Shown one piece after another: positions 18,416-28,519 of a stretch of 45,024 nt of DNA (position 1 is the first letter of the stretch; every line of letters begins with the position of its first letter). Location of the stretch: assembly GCA_029259155.1 (NCBI GenBank), contig JAPDJI010000007.1, positions 1-45,024 on the forward strand, written 5' to 3'. The stretch is from Candidatus Methanomethylicia archaeon. GTDB taxonomy: Archaea > Thermoproteota > Methanomethylicia > Nezhaarchaeales > B40-G2. The translations under genes and the position numbers were made by a program. Below the pieces are notes generated by a model. It made no database searches, was not told the origin of the DNA, and saw only the letters and a list, made by a program, of their open reading frames with translations.

Positions 18416-19636
18416 TCACTTGCCGACAAGGTCTATGTGCATCCTCAAGTAATCCTTAAGGTCCCTCGTGATTAGGAAGTTGTACCTTACATGCTCCCTT
18501 CCATTACGTCCAAGAACTCTAGCCAGCCAGGGACGCCTAATTAAAGTTACCACTCGTTCAGCAGCCTCCTCTAAGCTGTTAACAAGGAAGCCTGTGGTAC
18601 CATCTATAACCTGTAGAGGAATCCCTCCAGACCTCCTAGCAACTACTGGGACCTCTTTCCATAACGCCTCCGTCACAGCGAGGCCGAAGCCCTCCTTTAT
18701 AGATAATTGAAGCGCAACGGTAAACGACCTCTGGAAGGCGTTAACCTCTAGATCAGTCACTCCATCAAGGTTAGTTAATACATGTATATCCTTGAACTGG
18801 GAAGCGCGTTCAACGGTCTTCTTGTACCATTCAGAGCCTTCAGGGTCGTCGTGAGCGAAGCTGCCTATCAATATTAATTGTGTTTTAGGTTCACGCTCCT
18901 TCACCATCCTGAACACCTCGATAACGCCTAAGGGGTCCTTCCATGGATCAAACCTCGCCACCTGCCCTATGATAGGGCTATCTGGATCGACGTCGAACCT
19001 TTCAAGCACCTTCAATATCTCCGAGGGCCTTAAGGGCTTGTTCTTGTCGGAGAGAGGGTCTATGGAGGGGTATCTTACGAATACCTTGAGGCCCATTAGA
19101 TCCTTTGGGACATAGCGCTCCATCGAGCATATCACCGCGTCATACTTCATCGCAAAGTCTTTGAGGAAGTTCCAGACCGTTAGGTTAGGCTCAGACATAT
19201 CGATGTGGCATCTCCACACCCATTTACCGTCCTTCCTATAGTTGATCAGTGGGAGGGGCTGAGGATCGTGTATTAACGTTACGTCAGCGTCCAGGTCTAC
19301 GATCTTAGCGTTCTCCTCATTAACCTTGAGGTATATTTTCATCATCTCTTCGTTCAGCGATATAGCCATGTCCCCCTGTAGGGCGTTATGGATCATCTTG
19401 GTGACCTTAAAGAACTCAGGGGTAGCCTTCAAGACTTGCCATCTCGCATCCAGCCCAACAGAACGGGCAAGCGGGACGAGGTTCTTGAGAATCTCCGCTA
19501 CGCCTCCACCATAGGACGTGGCGTTGACGTGGACCACCTGGGCGCCCTTAACCCTCTCGGCCAGCTCCATGATGCTTTTTATTTCATCCCTACCTATTAC
19601 GCGTTCATAGTCCTCGATGTTCTTCTCAACTGACAA
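18416..19636 (-). CDS. treT: Trehalose glycosyltransferring synthase
   Basis: [59 protein letters not shown]. Confidence 0.92.
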   Translation of the reverse strand: MSVEKNIEDYERVIGRDEIKSIMELAERVKGAQVVHVNATSYGGGVAEILKNLVPLARSVGLDARWQVLKATPEFFKVTKMIHNALQGDMAISLNEEMMKIYLKVNEENAKIVDLDADVTLIHDPQPLPLINYRKDGKWVWRCHIDMSEPNLTVWNFLKDFAMKYDAVICSMERYVPKDLMGLKVFVRYPSIDPLSDKNKPLRPSEILKVLERFDVDPDSPIIGQVARFDPWKDPLGVIEVFRMVKEREPKTQLILIGSFAHDDPEGSEWYKKTVERASQFKDIHVLTNLDGVTDLEVNAFQRSFTVALQLSIKEGFGLAVTEALWKEVPVVARRSGGIPLQVIDGTTGFLVNSLEEAAERVVTLIRRPWLARVLGRNGREHVRYNFLITRDLKDYLRMHIDLVGK

Positions 19637-20510
19637 GCTGGCTCACCATTAAGTCGAACACCGCTGAAACACCTTTGACCTTGGACAACCCTACTAAGAC
19701 ATCTATCCTACTAACAAGGCCTACGAGGCGGCCATCCTTCGATACTACAGGCAAGCCGCTTACATCCCTACTGGTCATAATTTCTATAGCTTTGCCGACA
19801 TCATCTTCAGGGGCTACGCTTAAGACCTCTCTGCTCATGACGCGGTCAACGGTCTCCTTAAAAATATCCTCGATCTTCACATCGTACAGTAAAAGCTCCA
19901 CGTGCCTCTCTCCGACCAATAAGTGGTTCAGTAGGTCTGTGATGGTTATTAGTCCCTTAAGTTCACCCCGCTGAACCACGGGTAGCCTACGTACCCTCAA
20001 GTCCGCCATCAAGTTGGCCGCTTCCATAAGGGTTGAGTCAGGGCTGATGCTATGGACAGGGCTTGTCATTATTTCCTTCACGGGTAAGCCGAAGTCTTCA
20101 CCTTTAAGCCCGTTAAGGATGGAGGCGTCATCTACTAAGCCTTGCAGCACCCAGTTATCGTCCACTATGATGGCGAAGCCTATCCTATTCTCAACCATAT
20201 ACTGGAAAACTGCGAGGGAAGGCATGTGTTCAGTGAAAACTGGGCGAGGCTCATCTATGAAGAGGCTCACGTTCTCCCTCAACATCCCCTTGACCCCCCT
20301 GCTCTCCATCAGCGAAGTTCCTCGTCTACCTATGAGGATCTCGAGGACTCGGCGGCCTGTCAACACTCCTTTAACCCGCTGCTTCTCATCAACCACCACT
20401 ACCCGGTAAGGGCTTTTCCTGCTCCTGCCCGCCATTATACTGAGGGCGGTAATGAGTGGATCGTTCCAGTAAATGTGAGGTCTGACACACATTATATCGA
20501 CGAGCTTCAA
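19626..20510 (-). CDS. Four-CBS-domain protein
   Basis: Repeated IMT.P..S..., RRLPVV..G.L.GLIT..D and SGLPVV..G.LVGLVS..D motifs. Confidence 0.9.
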   Translation of the reverse strand: MKLVDIMCVRPHIYWNDPLITALSIMAGRSRKSPYRVVVVDEKQRVKGVLTGRRVLEILIGRRGTSLMESRGVKGMLRENVSLFIDEPRPVFTEHMPSLAVFQYMVENRIGFAIIVDDNWVLQGLVDDASILNGLKGEDFGLPVKEIMTSPVHSISPDSTLMEAANLMADLRVRRLPVVQRGELKGLITITDLLNHLLVGERHVELLLYDVKIEDIFKETVDRVMSREVLSVAPEDDVGKAIEIMTSRDVSGLPVVSKDGRLVGLVSRIDVLVGLSKVKGVSAVFDLMVSQLVS

Positions 20511-20546
20511 CTTATCGACCTCGCTTCAACAGTACCGGCTAGGACT

Positions 20547-20966
20547 TTAAATCCTACGCTTAGAGACCAACTCTAACTCTACTGCCGTAGCTCCTCTAAA
20601 TATGTATGCCTTAACTGAGCCGTCGAGCGAGCTTACGATAAGCCAGATTATGGGCCACTTCTTCATGCCTTCAAGGTCAGCGTCGGAGGGATTTGGAGGA
20701 GCAGGGTGGGAATGATAGATTCCCACCACCTCCAAGCCAAGCTTCTCAGCCTTAACATGGGCCTCATAGATATCCTCAGGCCTAACCACAAACCGAGTGG
20801 GCGAAGGAGCTACGTTAACCGATGGGTAAACCCTCAACACCTTAACCGTTTCACCCTCAACACTTCCTAGGAGGAAGCCGCATACCTCTTGAGGTGAGGT
20901 TGACGCCTCTTTTACAAGAGCTTTCAACCAATCCTCATCCACCTCTATCTTCCTCGCGGCGAGCAA
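20547..20966 (-). CDS. JAMM/MPN+ metalloprotease (M67 family, desampylase-like)
   Basis: EVCGFLLG and YHSHP....PSDAD. Confidence 0.92.
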   Translation of the reverse strand: MLAARKIEVDEDWLKALVKEASTSPQEVCGFLLGSVEGETVKVLRVYPSVNVAPSPTRFVVRPEDIYEAHVKAEKLGLEVVGIYHSHPAPPNPSDADLEGMKKWPIIWLIVSSLDGSVKAYIFRGATAVELELVSKRRI

Positions 20967-21046
20967 TATGAATCCTCCATATCGCTCCTAGAAACTATAA
21001 GTTTAAAGCCTTGGAAATACAGAAGCGTTTCTCGTCGGGAGCTACA

Positions 21047-22252
21047 TTGTCTAAGTACCCTGCCATTATAGGTTACGGCAGGACTAAGTTCGGCGAGCTA
21101 TATGAAAGATCGCCTGAGGAGCTCATAGAGGAGGCTGGGCTTAAAGCCCTAGACCTAGCTGGAGTGGAGCGTAAAGACCTAGAATACTGCTTCCTCTCCG
21201 ATTACTTCCTTCAGCTCACCAACAAAATAGGGCTTGAGGAGGGCTTCATGTCCGAGTTATTGGAGCTCCACGTACCCATGGAGAAGTGTAGGTCCTTCAG
21301 CTCAGCGCTCTTCAACGCCTACACCGCCATAATGGCGGGGCGCTGTAAACTCGCCCTAGTAGGAGGAGTCGAGAAGCTAACTGATAGGTGGGATAAGATA
21401 CGCGACGACTTGATGATCCTGGAAGACCCTTGGAGCTACTACGCTGGAGGCAGCCCTGAGGCCAACCACGAGTTGATGATGAGGCTTTACGTGAAGGAGT
21501 ATGGGTTAAGCCAGGAAGAGGCCGATGAGCTGCTGGAGGCCTTAGCGATGATAGCGGTTAAGAACCATCAATGGGCTACGCTCAATAAAGAAGCTCACTT
21601 CCATAACAAGCCTATAACGATCAGTGAAGTCTTAAAGGCTAGGAAAAAGGAGAGGAAGCTTCTGGGCCTATACGACTTCGCACCTATATCTGACGGCGCC
21701 TCCGTAGTGATACTAGCTAGCCCTGAGGTCGCCTCTAAACTATGCGAGGACCCCGTATACGTGGTAGGCTTCGGCTCCTCCACCGACTTTATCTCCTATC
21801 CTTGTAGACAGGGCAGGGCTGGTTTCCTAGCTACGAGGCTGGCGGCTGAGGTAGCGTTCGACATGGCTAAAATGGAGCCGGAGAACATAGGTGTGGCTGA
21901 GCTCTACGACCAGTCCACGCTACTTGAACTCATAGCCTTAGAGGATCTAGGCTTTTACGGTAAAGGGGAAGGCTGGGCTAAGGTGAAGGAAAGCCTCGAG
22001 TCAGGAAACGTCTACCAGCTAGAGGGTGCGAGGGAGCTCTACGTAAACACTAGTGGAGGAAGGAAAGCCGACGGCAACCCTCTTGGCGCTAGCGGTGGAG
22101 CCATGGTAATAGAGGTGGCTAAACAGCTACGCGAAGAGGCTGAGGCGAGGCAAGTTTCCTTCACCAGTAAGGCAAGGGCAGGCTTGGTGGTTGAACATGA
22201 GGGCTTCGGCACTAAAACCTACGTGCACATCTTGTCGAGGGAGGTTCCATGA
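21047..22252 (+). CDS. Thiolase-fold protein (SCP2/archaeal type) with degenerate catalytic motifs
   Basis: IIGYG.TKFG, ALVGGVEK, AVKNH..A..N..A, APISDGA, VNTSGG; TTG 21047 after GGGAG chosen over 21011. Confidence 0.85.
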   Translation: MSKYPAIIGYGRTKFGELYERSPEELIEEAGLKALDLAGVERKDLEYCFLSDYFLQLTNKIGLEEGFMSELLELHVPMEKCRSFSSALFNAYTAIMAGRCKLALVGGVEKLTDRWDKIRDDLMILEDPWSYYAGGSPEANHELMMRLYVKEYGLSQEEADELLEALAMIAVKNHQWATLNKEAHFHNKPITISEVLKARKKERKLLGLYDFAPISDGASVVILASPEVASKLCEDPVYVVGFGSSTDFISYPCRQGRAGFLATRLAAEVAFDMAKMEPENIGVAELYDQSTLLELIALEDLGFYGKGEGWAKVKESLESGNVYQLEGARELYVNTSGGRKADGNPLGASGGAMVIEVAKQLREEAEARQVSFTSKARAGLVVEHEGFGTKTYVHILSREVP

Positions 22253-23769
22253 GCAGCGAGCCTATCGAGCGTAGAGTCTCGTACATAGGAGATAGGCTAA
22301 GGGGAGCTAAGTGCACCATATGTGGTAGAGAGTACTTTAACGTGAGGCATTATTGCGGCGTCTGTGGAAGATCTAGCATAGGTAAGATGGCGTGTCTCGA
22401 CCTATTCTATGAAAAAGGTATACTGGAGGTCTGCACAGCGATAAGGGAGCCTACCAATAGGTTTAGGGGGCTTAATAGCTACATATACGGCATTGTTTCG
22501 TTCCACGACGGGGATATCAAAGTACCTGGCAGGTTAACTGACTTAATCCTAGACGAGGAAGATATTGAGCCTTCAGCCCTTGAAGGAAAGGAGGTAGTTC
22601 CGAGGATTAGGAGAAGATATGCCGTTGAGAGGAGTGAGATCGTACCCACCATTTCCCTTGCCTTCACCCTCGCCGACGAGTACTATCCGTATCAGCGATT
22701 TGAGCCCAAGGAACCCCGAGAGAAAGCGGAAAAGCCTGGGATCGTTGGCTACGGCGTCTATACTTCGAGGTTTAGGATAAAGGAGGAAGGCTTAGAGAGG
22801 ACGGTGCCCTTCATAGATGAGGATGCCATCACAGCCTCGGTTGAGGCTGGGAAGCTGGCTTTAATCCATGCCGGCGTAGACCCCCACCTCGTTAAGAAAG
22901 TCTACGTAGGCTCCGAGTCTAACCCCTACGCGGTTAAGCCCATAGCCTCCAAGGTAGCACAGGTACTAGAGTTAGGGGTAAAGCTGCCGGGAGAATTACA
23001 GGAGGTTGATGCCATAGACACCCAGTTCGCCTGCAAAGCAGCGACGAGTATGTTTAAGGATGCAGCTGCCCTAGCGTACTACCCCTTCGTGGAGACCCCG
23101 TACGTGATGGTGATAGGGGCCGACAACGCCCAAGCCGCTCCTCGTAACACCGCTGGGGGAGAACTAGACTTCTTCGTGGGCTATGGAGCTTCCGCCTTCA
23201 TCTTCGGGCTCTACGACGTGATAGCTGAGGTCGAGGCATGGTACTCCTGTACCTCGGATACGCCTGATTTCTGGAGGAGGGATACGCAGGAGTATCCTAG
23301 GCATGGAGGACGGTTCACTGGAGCACCTGCCTACTTTAAACACGTGGAGAAGGCGGCTAAAGGCCTTATGGACAAGTTTGGCTATAAACCTTCAGACTTC
23401 GACTACTTCGTCCTTCACCAACCCAACCCTACCTTCCCCGTAAAGGCTGCGAGGAGCCTAGGTTTCAAGGAAGAGCAGTATAGCTTAGGCCTCAAGGTAT
23501 CTAAGTTCGGCAACACGTACTCTAGCTCAAGCCCATTAGGCCTAGCAGCGGTGCTCGATAAGGCTAAGCCCCACCAACGCATACTGCTCGTAAGCTATGG
23601 CTCAGGCGCGGGGAGCGATGCGTATGTTTTCATTACCACTCCGCTCATAGAAACGAAAAGAGAGAGGCAGAAGTTTACGGTGGAGTGGCAGGCTGAGAAC
23701 AAGTTCTTGAAGTACGTGGACTACGCGACTTATAGACGCTTCAAGGCTGGGCTCGAACTTTCCTCTTAA
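22249..23769 (+). CDS. DUF35 (Zn-ribbon + OB) fused to archaeal HMG-CoA synthase
   Basis: CTIC..CGVC then OB-like segment; DED, GSES, FACKA, DTPDFWRR..YP.HGGRFTG.PAYF, HQPN, GNTYS, SYGSGAGSD. Confidence 0.92.
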   Translation: MSSEPIERRVSYIGDRLRGAKCTICGREYFNVRHYCGVCGRSSIGKMACLDLFYEKGILEVCTAIREPTNRFRGLNSYIYGIVSFHDGDIKVPGRLTDLILDEEDIEPSALEGKEVVPRIRRRYAVERSEIVPTISLAFTLADEYYPYQRFEPKEPREKAEKPGIVGYGVYTSRFRIKEEGLERTVPFIDEDAITASVEAGKLALIHAGVDPHLVKKVYVGSESNPYAVKPIASKVAQVLELGVKLPGELQEVDAIDTQFACKAATSMFKDAAALAYYPFVETPYVMVIGADNAQAAPRNTAGGELDFFVGYGASAFIFGLYDVIAEVEAWYSCTSDTPDFWRRDTQEYPRHGGRFTGAPAYFKHVEKAAKGLMDKFGYKPSDFDYFVLHQPNPTFPVKAARSLGFKEEQYSLGLKVSKFGNTYSSSSPLGLAAVLDKAKPHQRILLVSYGSGAGSDAYVFITTPLIETKRERQKFTVEWQAENKFLKYVDYATYRRFKAGLELSS

Positions 23770-25612
23770 CCACCACCGCTACGACGGTGGCCGCTAGGAT
23801 AAAGACGGTGGCGTAAATCAGCTTCATATAAAGCGGAGCCTCCCAGAACCAGTCCATGTTTATGAGAAAACCGCCTCTCTCAATGTAGACATCCATCCAC
23901 AAGTTTTGCGTCAATGTCCTTCCACGCTGAACCCATAAAACTTGAAGCTCCACATCCACCTGGCCTATGGGAGCAGTAGGGCTGACGTCCACCTCAAAGC
24001 TGGCTGTAGCCGTTGAGGAGCCTTCCATAGTCCCTAGGAAGGACACTGTAGTACCGCTAAACGTTGAGCCCAGCAACCTAACTCTGACCTGCTCTGCTTC
24101 GACATCCTCGACGTTACGTAGAAGCAACACGACCCTAACCCCCCTCTCGTCTTGTTTAAGTACAGTAGGCTCCGTGTATGCCTCGAGAATCTCGAACCTA
24201 GCTTTCCTTGAAACCTCGAGGGGTAAAGTTAAGTTCTGCATCCCTCCATCATAGCTAACCGTTAAGGTTAGGTTATATCTATCAGGCTCAAGTTCCTCGT
24301 CTAAGTCGACGTAGAAACTGATTTCCCTATACTCACCGATTGGAAGAGTGCCTAAGTTGACCTCGTCGGACCCCGCGTAGGTAGGCGTTATGCCTTCAGG
24401 GGTTACTAGCCTGACCTCCACGTCCTCAGCAGCGTAGCTCCCAATATTAGCTAAAGCAACCTTCAACTCTACGCCTTCATCTCCCGGAAATACTGAAGGA
24501 GGTACATAGCTGCTCCTCAAAGCTATAAACTCCGCTTCACCACCTACCTCTAAGCCTAGTGAGGCTAGATACGTATAGGAGCGTCCTTCGCCGTCACGGT
24601 AGCTTAAGGAAGCCGAGAGCACAGTGGCACCGTATAACGTCGGAGGCGCGTAGATGGCTAATGGGGCTTCAACCCTCCCTCCCGCCTCGATGAAGTCAAA
24701 GGTGAGGTAGTTGGACCCTAGGATAACTAATCCTTGAGCAGGGGTTAAAGTGATGGATATATTGGATGCTTCAAGAAAACCTGTATTCTCCACGATAAGC
24801 TTCACGTAGTTCACATCGTCGGGCACTATGACTGAGGGGTCTAGGCTTAAAGATAATTGAACAGGAGGCATAGGTTCCACGGTGAAGCCGAGAGTGTAGG
24901 TGCTAGCGTAGGCATTGCCGAACTGGTCTAGGTAGGTGGCTGTGACGGTGAGCGCCACACTATCGAGAGCAAGGCTTTGAACGTGGAGCTTCAAGGAGAC
25001 GGACGAAGAACTTGAAGGCGAAAGAACCCCCATAAGCGAGGCACTGCCCTCAACCACCGTTAAGTAAGGCGTAGCTGATGAAGCAATGAGGTTTATCAAC
25101 CTGGCCGCTCCTGTGCCCTCGTTTTTCACCACGAGTTCAACCTCAGTAACCGTCCCCTTCTTCAGTTCGGAGGGGGTTGCTGATAAGGTTAGAGTGGGTA
25201 GGCCATAGAGGGTTATGGGCACCGTTAAGCTCTCCTCCTTACTTTCACCACCTGCCTCGTAGCTCACTCTGAGCTCAGCGTCATAGGAGGGGACCTCAGG
25301 GTTTAGAGGAGTATTCAAGGTAAAGGTGAAGAGCACGAGCTGGCCAGCCTCCACCTCTTCGCTATAGGAATCTGTATTAGAGCCTCCCGTGGAGGCTGGG
25401 CCAGGAGTTAGCGTAGCTTCAAGGTCAGAGGCTGGATATTCTCCCTTATAGCTAAGGACCACTGAGAAGTAGCTCGTTGAGCCTTGCGTGTAGCTGCTCC
25501 AGTAAGCGTCTTTAACCTCGAACCGGTTCTCATCAGCCTTCACAGATATGCTTAGCATAGCGATAGCCAGGAGGAGCAGGGTCACGGCCAAGATGACTCC
25601 TCTACTTTTCAT
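23741..25612 (-). CDS. COG1361-like S-layer/Ig-repeat surface protein with C-terminal TM anchor
   Basis: Signal peptide; repeated N.G...A.. beta-sandwich units; C-terminal TM plus KRKVR. Confidence 0.8.
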   Translation of the reverse strand: MKSRGVILAVTLLLLAIAMLSISVKADENRFEVKDAYWSSYTQGSTSYFSVVLSYKGEYPASDLEATLTPGPASTGGSNTDSYSEEVEAGQLVLFTFTLNTPLNPEVPSYDAELRVSYEAGGESKEESLTVPITLYGLPTLTLSATPSELKKGTVTEVELVVKNEGTGAARLINLIASSATPYLTVVEGSASLMGVLSPSSSSSVSLKLHVQSLALDSVALTVTATYLDQFGNAYASTYTLGFTVEPMPPVQLSLSLDPSVIVPDDVNYVKLIVENTGFLEASNISITLTPAQGLVILGSNYLTFDFIEAGGRVEAPLAIYAPPTLYGATVLSASLSYRDGEGRSYTYLASLGLEVGGEAEFIALRSSYVPPSVFPGDEGVELKVALANIGSYAAEDVEVRLVTPEGITPTYAGSDEVNLGTLPIGEYREISFYVDLDEELEPDRYNLTLTVSYDGGMQNLTLPLEVSRKARFEILEAYTEPTVLKQDERGVRVVLLLRNVEDVEAEQVRVRLLGSTFSGTTVSFLGTMEGSSTATASFEVDVSPTAPIGQVDVELQVLWVQRGRTLTQNLWMDVYIERGGFLINMDWFWEAPLYMKLIYATVFILAATVVAVVVKRKVRAQP

Positions 25613-25613
25613 T

Positions 25614-26717
25614 TCAATCCACCCTCGCCTTAAACAGCAGTAGCGAACAGGTCAAGGTAACGACGACGTAGATGAAGAGAGGAGTGAGGTCCCACAGCAT
25701 CATGTAGAGGGGCTGCCCTCTAACCATCAACGACTGCAAGGCATCGACGAAGTAGTATAGAGGATTTATGTAAGCCACTATCCTACTGCTAGGCGTTAAT
25801 ATCTCGACAGGAGCGAAAGCTCCGCAGAAAAGCAGCGCAGGTATGAAAATGAAGGTGGAGATCTGGTAAGCTTGAAGCTGATTACGGGAGACCACCGAGG
25901 CAGCTAAGCCTAAACCTAAGGAGCCTACAAGGAAAAGCGTGGACACCGCTAAGATATCGATTAAGCTACACCTCATAAGGACCTTAAAGCCGTAGAGGGC
26001 TATGGCTAGCGTTAATAGGAGGTCAAGGAATGTCACAAAGCCATAGGCCAGAAGCTTACCTACGATGATCTCCCATCGCCTAAGTGGAGACATAACCAGC
26101 GCCTCAAAGGTACCCTTCTCCCTCTCCCTAGCTATGGCCACGGAGATCAGCGTGGCTGGGAGCAGTAGCAATATCATACCTAAAACTACAGGCATGAAGG
26201 AGTCTATCCTCTTCAATTCAGGGCCGTATAGCGTAGTGAGGATTAGGGAGAGCCTAGGTCCCTGAACCCCTACTTCAGCGCTAAGCGTAGCGTCAGCGCT
26301 GGTTAAGAGAGCCGCAGTATGGTCTTTAAGGCTTCTAGAAATACTTGGCATAGACTCGTCTGTCACTAGGATTACGAAGGCTCCATCGACCAGATAGCTC
26401 TGGGTAAAGCCTTCCGGGATCACTATGGCGCCTAATACTTGTCCCTCCTGCACCATATCCTCCGCCTTCTCTAGGCTGTCCACGTAAGCCACTACGTGGA
26501 AAGCCTTAGACTGTTCAACGATGTTTACAAAGCTCCAGCTAAGCATACCTTCAGGGTCGAGGTTAGCGACAGCTATAGGTATGTGCCCCATTCCTCCCCC
26601 ATAACCCCAGCCGAAGAGAACCATCACTATTATGGGCATACCTATCACCATGGCCAAGGTTCTAACATCCCTCCTAAGCTGTTTAAGCTCCTTGATCACC
26701 AGCGCTGCCAACCTCAA
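25614..26717 (-). CDS. ABC-2 type exporter permease
   Basis: KE..QL.RD, ARERE.GTFE.L..SP....I..GK, NPLYYF. Confidence 0.92.
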   Translation of the reverse strand: MRLAALVIKELKQLRRDVRTLAMVIGMPIIVMVLFGWGYGGGMGHIPIAVANLDPEGMLSWSFVNIVEQSKAFHVVAYVDSLEKAEDMVQEGQVLGAIVIPEGFTQSYLVDGAFVILVTDESMPSISRSLKDHTAALLTSADATLSAEVGVQGPRLSLILTTLYGPELKRIDSFMPVVLGMILLLLPATLISVAIAREREKGTFEALVMSPLRRWEIIVGKLLAYGFVTFLDLLLTLAIALYGFKVLMRCSLIDILAVSTLFLVGSLGLGLAASVVSRNQLQAYQISTFIFIPALLFCGAFAPVEILTPSSRIVAYINPLYYFVDALQSLMVRGQPLYMMLWDLTPLFIYVVVTLTCSLLLFKARVD

Positions 26718-26723
26718 CCCTCT

Positions 26724-27659
26724 TCACCCCGCCAGCCCGATGAAAACGTCCTCGAGGTTAACGTTGACCTGGCTAAGCGAGCGTACCTCAACGCCTGCTC
26801 TCTCTAAGGCCGTGAACAGAGCAGGTATAGCTGTCTCAGCGTCCTCCACGACGAGGTGAAGCCTCTCTTCATTAACCTTCTCCACCTTGAAGACGAAGCT
26901 TAACCCTTCTAAGACATGTATCACTTCATCCAGCCCTGATTTAGGCACTAGTTCTATGAGGTCTCCTCCATGAAGCTTACGTTTAAGTCCTCTAGGAGAA
27001 TCTACCGCTACTAGCCTACCTTTATTCATCAAGCCTAGCCTATCGCAGTTTTCAGCTTCATCCATGTAATGTGTGGTTACGAGTAAAGTAACCCCTTCAT
27101 TATTCAGCTTTCTGAAAAAGCTCCAGAAGGATCTCCTCAGAGGAGGATCTACGCCTGCCGTGGGTTCGTCGAGGATGAGAAGCTTAGGGCTATGGAGGAG
27201 AGCAGAGGCCAAGGAAAGCCTCTGCTTCATACCTCCGCTTAGCTTACCTGCTAAATGATGTTCAAAGCCTTTAAGCTCAACAAAGTCCAAGAGTTCCTCG
27301 ATCCTACGTTCACGCTCAGACTTGGATAGACCATACACTGAGCCATAAAAGTCTAAGTTTTCCCACACGGTTAAGTCGTCGTACAGGCTAAACTTCTGAG
27401 GCATGTAGCCAAGTATCCGTTTAACCTTTTCAGCCTCCTTGAAGGGATCGTGGTCATAAATTCTTATGTGACCCTTAGAGGGAAGGAGAAGGCCGCAAAT
27501 CATCCTTATGGTCGTGGTCTTACCTGCTCCGTTAGGTCCTAGGAGACCAAAGATCTCACCCGTCTCCACTTCAAGGTCCAAGGAGTCCACAGCTACTAAC
27601 CCCTTGAACCTCTTGGTGAGACCCCTAGTCCTAACGGCGAACATCAGTCTACCGACCAA
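26724..27659 (-). CDS. ABC exporter ATP-binding subunit (start may be ATG 27644)
   Basis: GPNGAGKTT, LSGGMKQR, LILDEPT.GVDP, TTHYMDEA. Confidence 0.95.
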   Translation of the reverse strand: MVGRLMFAVRTRGLTKRFKGLVAVDSLDLEVETGEIFGLLGPNGAGKTTTIRMICGLLLPSKGHIRIYDHDPFKEAEKVKRILGYMPQKFSLYDDLTVWENLDFYGSVYGLSKSERERRIEELLDFVELKGFEHHLAGKLSGGMKQRLSLASALLHSPKLLILDEPTAGVDPPLRRSFWSFFRKLNNEGVTLLVTTHYMDEAENCDRLGLMNKGRLVAVDSPRGLKRKLHGGDLIELVPKSGLDEVIHVLEGLSFVFKVEKVNEERLHLVVEDAETAIPALFTALERAGVEVRSLSQVNVNLEDVFIGLAG

Positions 27660-27712
27660 AACAACCTATATAATCTTTATTAACTAGTAGAGGTGAAAAT
27701 TTATGTGGGATT

Positions 27713-28519
27713 ATGTTGGAGAGGATGGAGGAGCTCAAGGCCTACCGAGCGCTTAAAGCCTGTGGTTTATCTAGCTACGAAGCTAAGGCTTACATAGCAC
27801 TGGCTCTTCAAGGACCTGCTTCAGCTAGACGCATAGCTGAAACTGCGGGTATACCGTACACTAAGGTCTACGACACCCTATCGAAGCTGGAGCGAAAAGG
27901 AATGGTCGAGGTTTTACCGAGTAGACCCATGAAGTATAGAGCTTTGCCTCCCAATGAGGTGGCTGAGAACATTAGAACCCAGTTAAACCAGGTAGCCTCT
28001 CAAGCAGAAGAGGCCTTGATCGAAGAGCTTCAACCCTTGTACTCCTTAGAGGTCTTGGAGAAACCTATAGTCAAGCTCTTGAAGGCTCGCAGAGACATGG
28101 AGGCTGCCTTAAAGGAGATAATTGATAATGCTAATCACGACGTAGTGATTCATGTGGGCTGGGCCGACCCCTCCTACCTTAGAAGCCTCTTAGATCGGCT
28201 TCGAGCAGCTGTGAAGCGTGGGGTAAAGGTGAAAGCCTTAGCCTCCCCTAGGTATGCGAAGAGCGACGCCATCACCTCCTTGGCCAGTCTAGCTGAGCTG
28301 AAGCTCGCCAAGTCTTTGTTGCCGATAAACGTAGTAGTGGCTGATGGATCTGAAGCCCTATTCATGTTAGCCTCCAAGGTCCGTGAAGGGAGGCCTTCTA
28401 GGAGGCTAACCCTACGGATAACCCTCAAGGAACTAGCTGGACTGATAAAGGAGTATACAGAACTAGCTTGGGAAACCACGAGCCAGTCTCTAGAAGCTAG
28501 GGGCCTTAAATCGCATTAA
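27713..28519 (+). CDS. TrmB-family transcriptional regulator
   Basis: GLSSYEAKAY.AL, IP..KVYD.L..L..KG.V, P.KYRA.PP; divergent from the ABC operon. Confidence 0.92.
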   Translation: MLERMEELKAYRALKACGLSSYEAKAYIALALQGPASARRIAETAGIPYTKVYDTLSKLERKGMVEVLPSRPMKYRALPPNEVAENIRTQLNQVASQAEEALIEELQPLYSLEVLEKPIVKLLKARRDMEAALKEIIDNANHDVVIHVGWADPSYLRSLLDRLRAAVKRGVKVKALASPRYAKSDAITSLASLAELKLAKSLLPINVVVADGSEALFMLASKVREGRPSRRLTLRITLKELAGLIKEYTELAWETTSQSLEARGLKSH

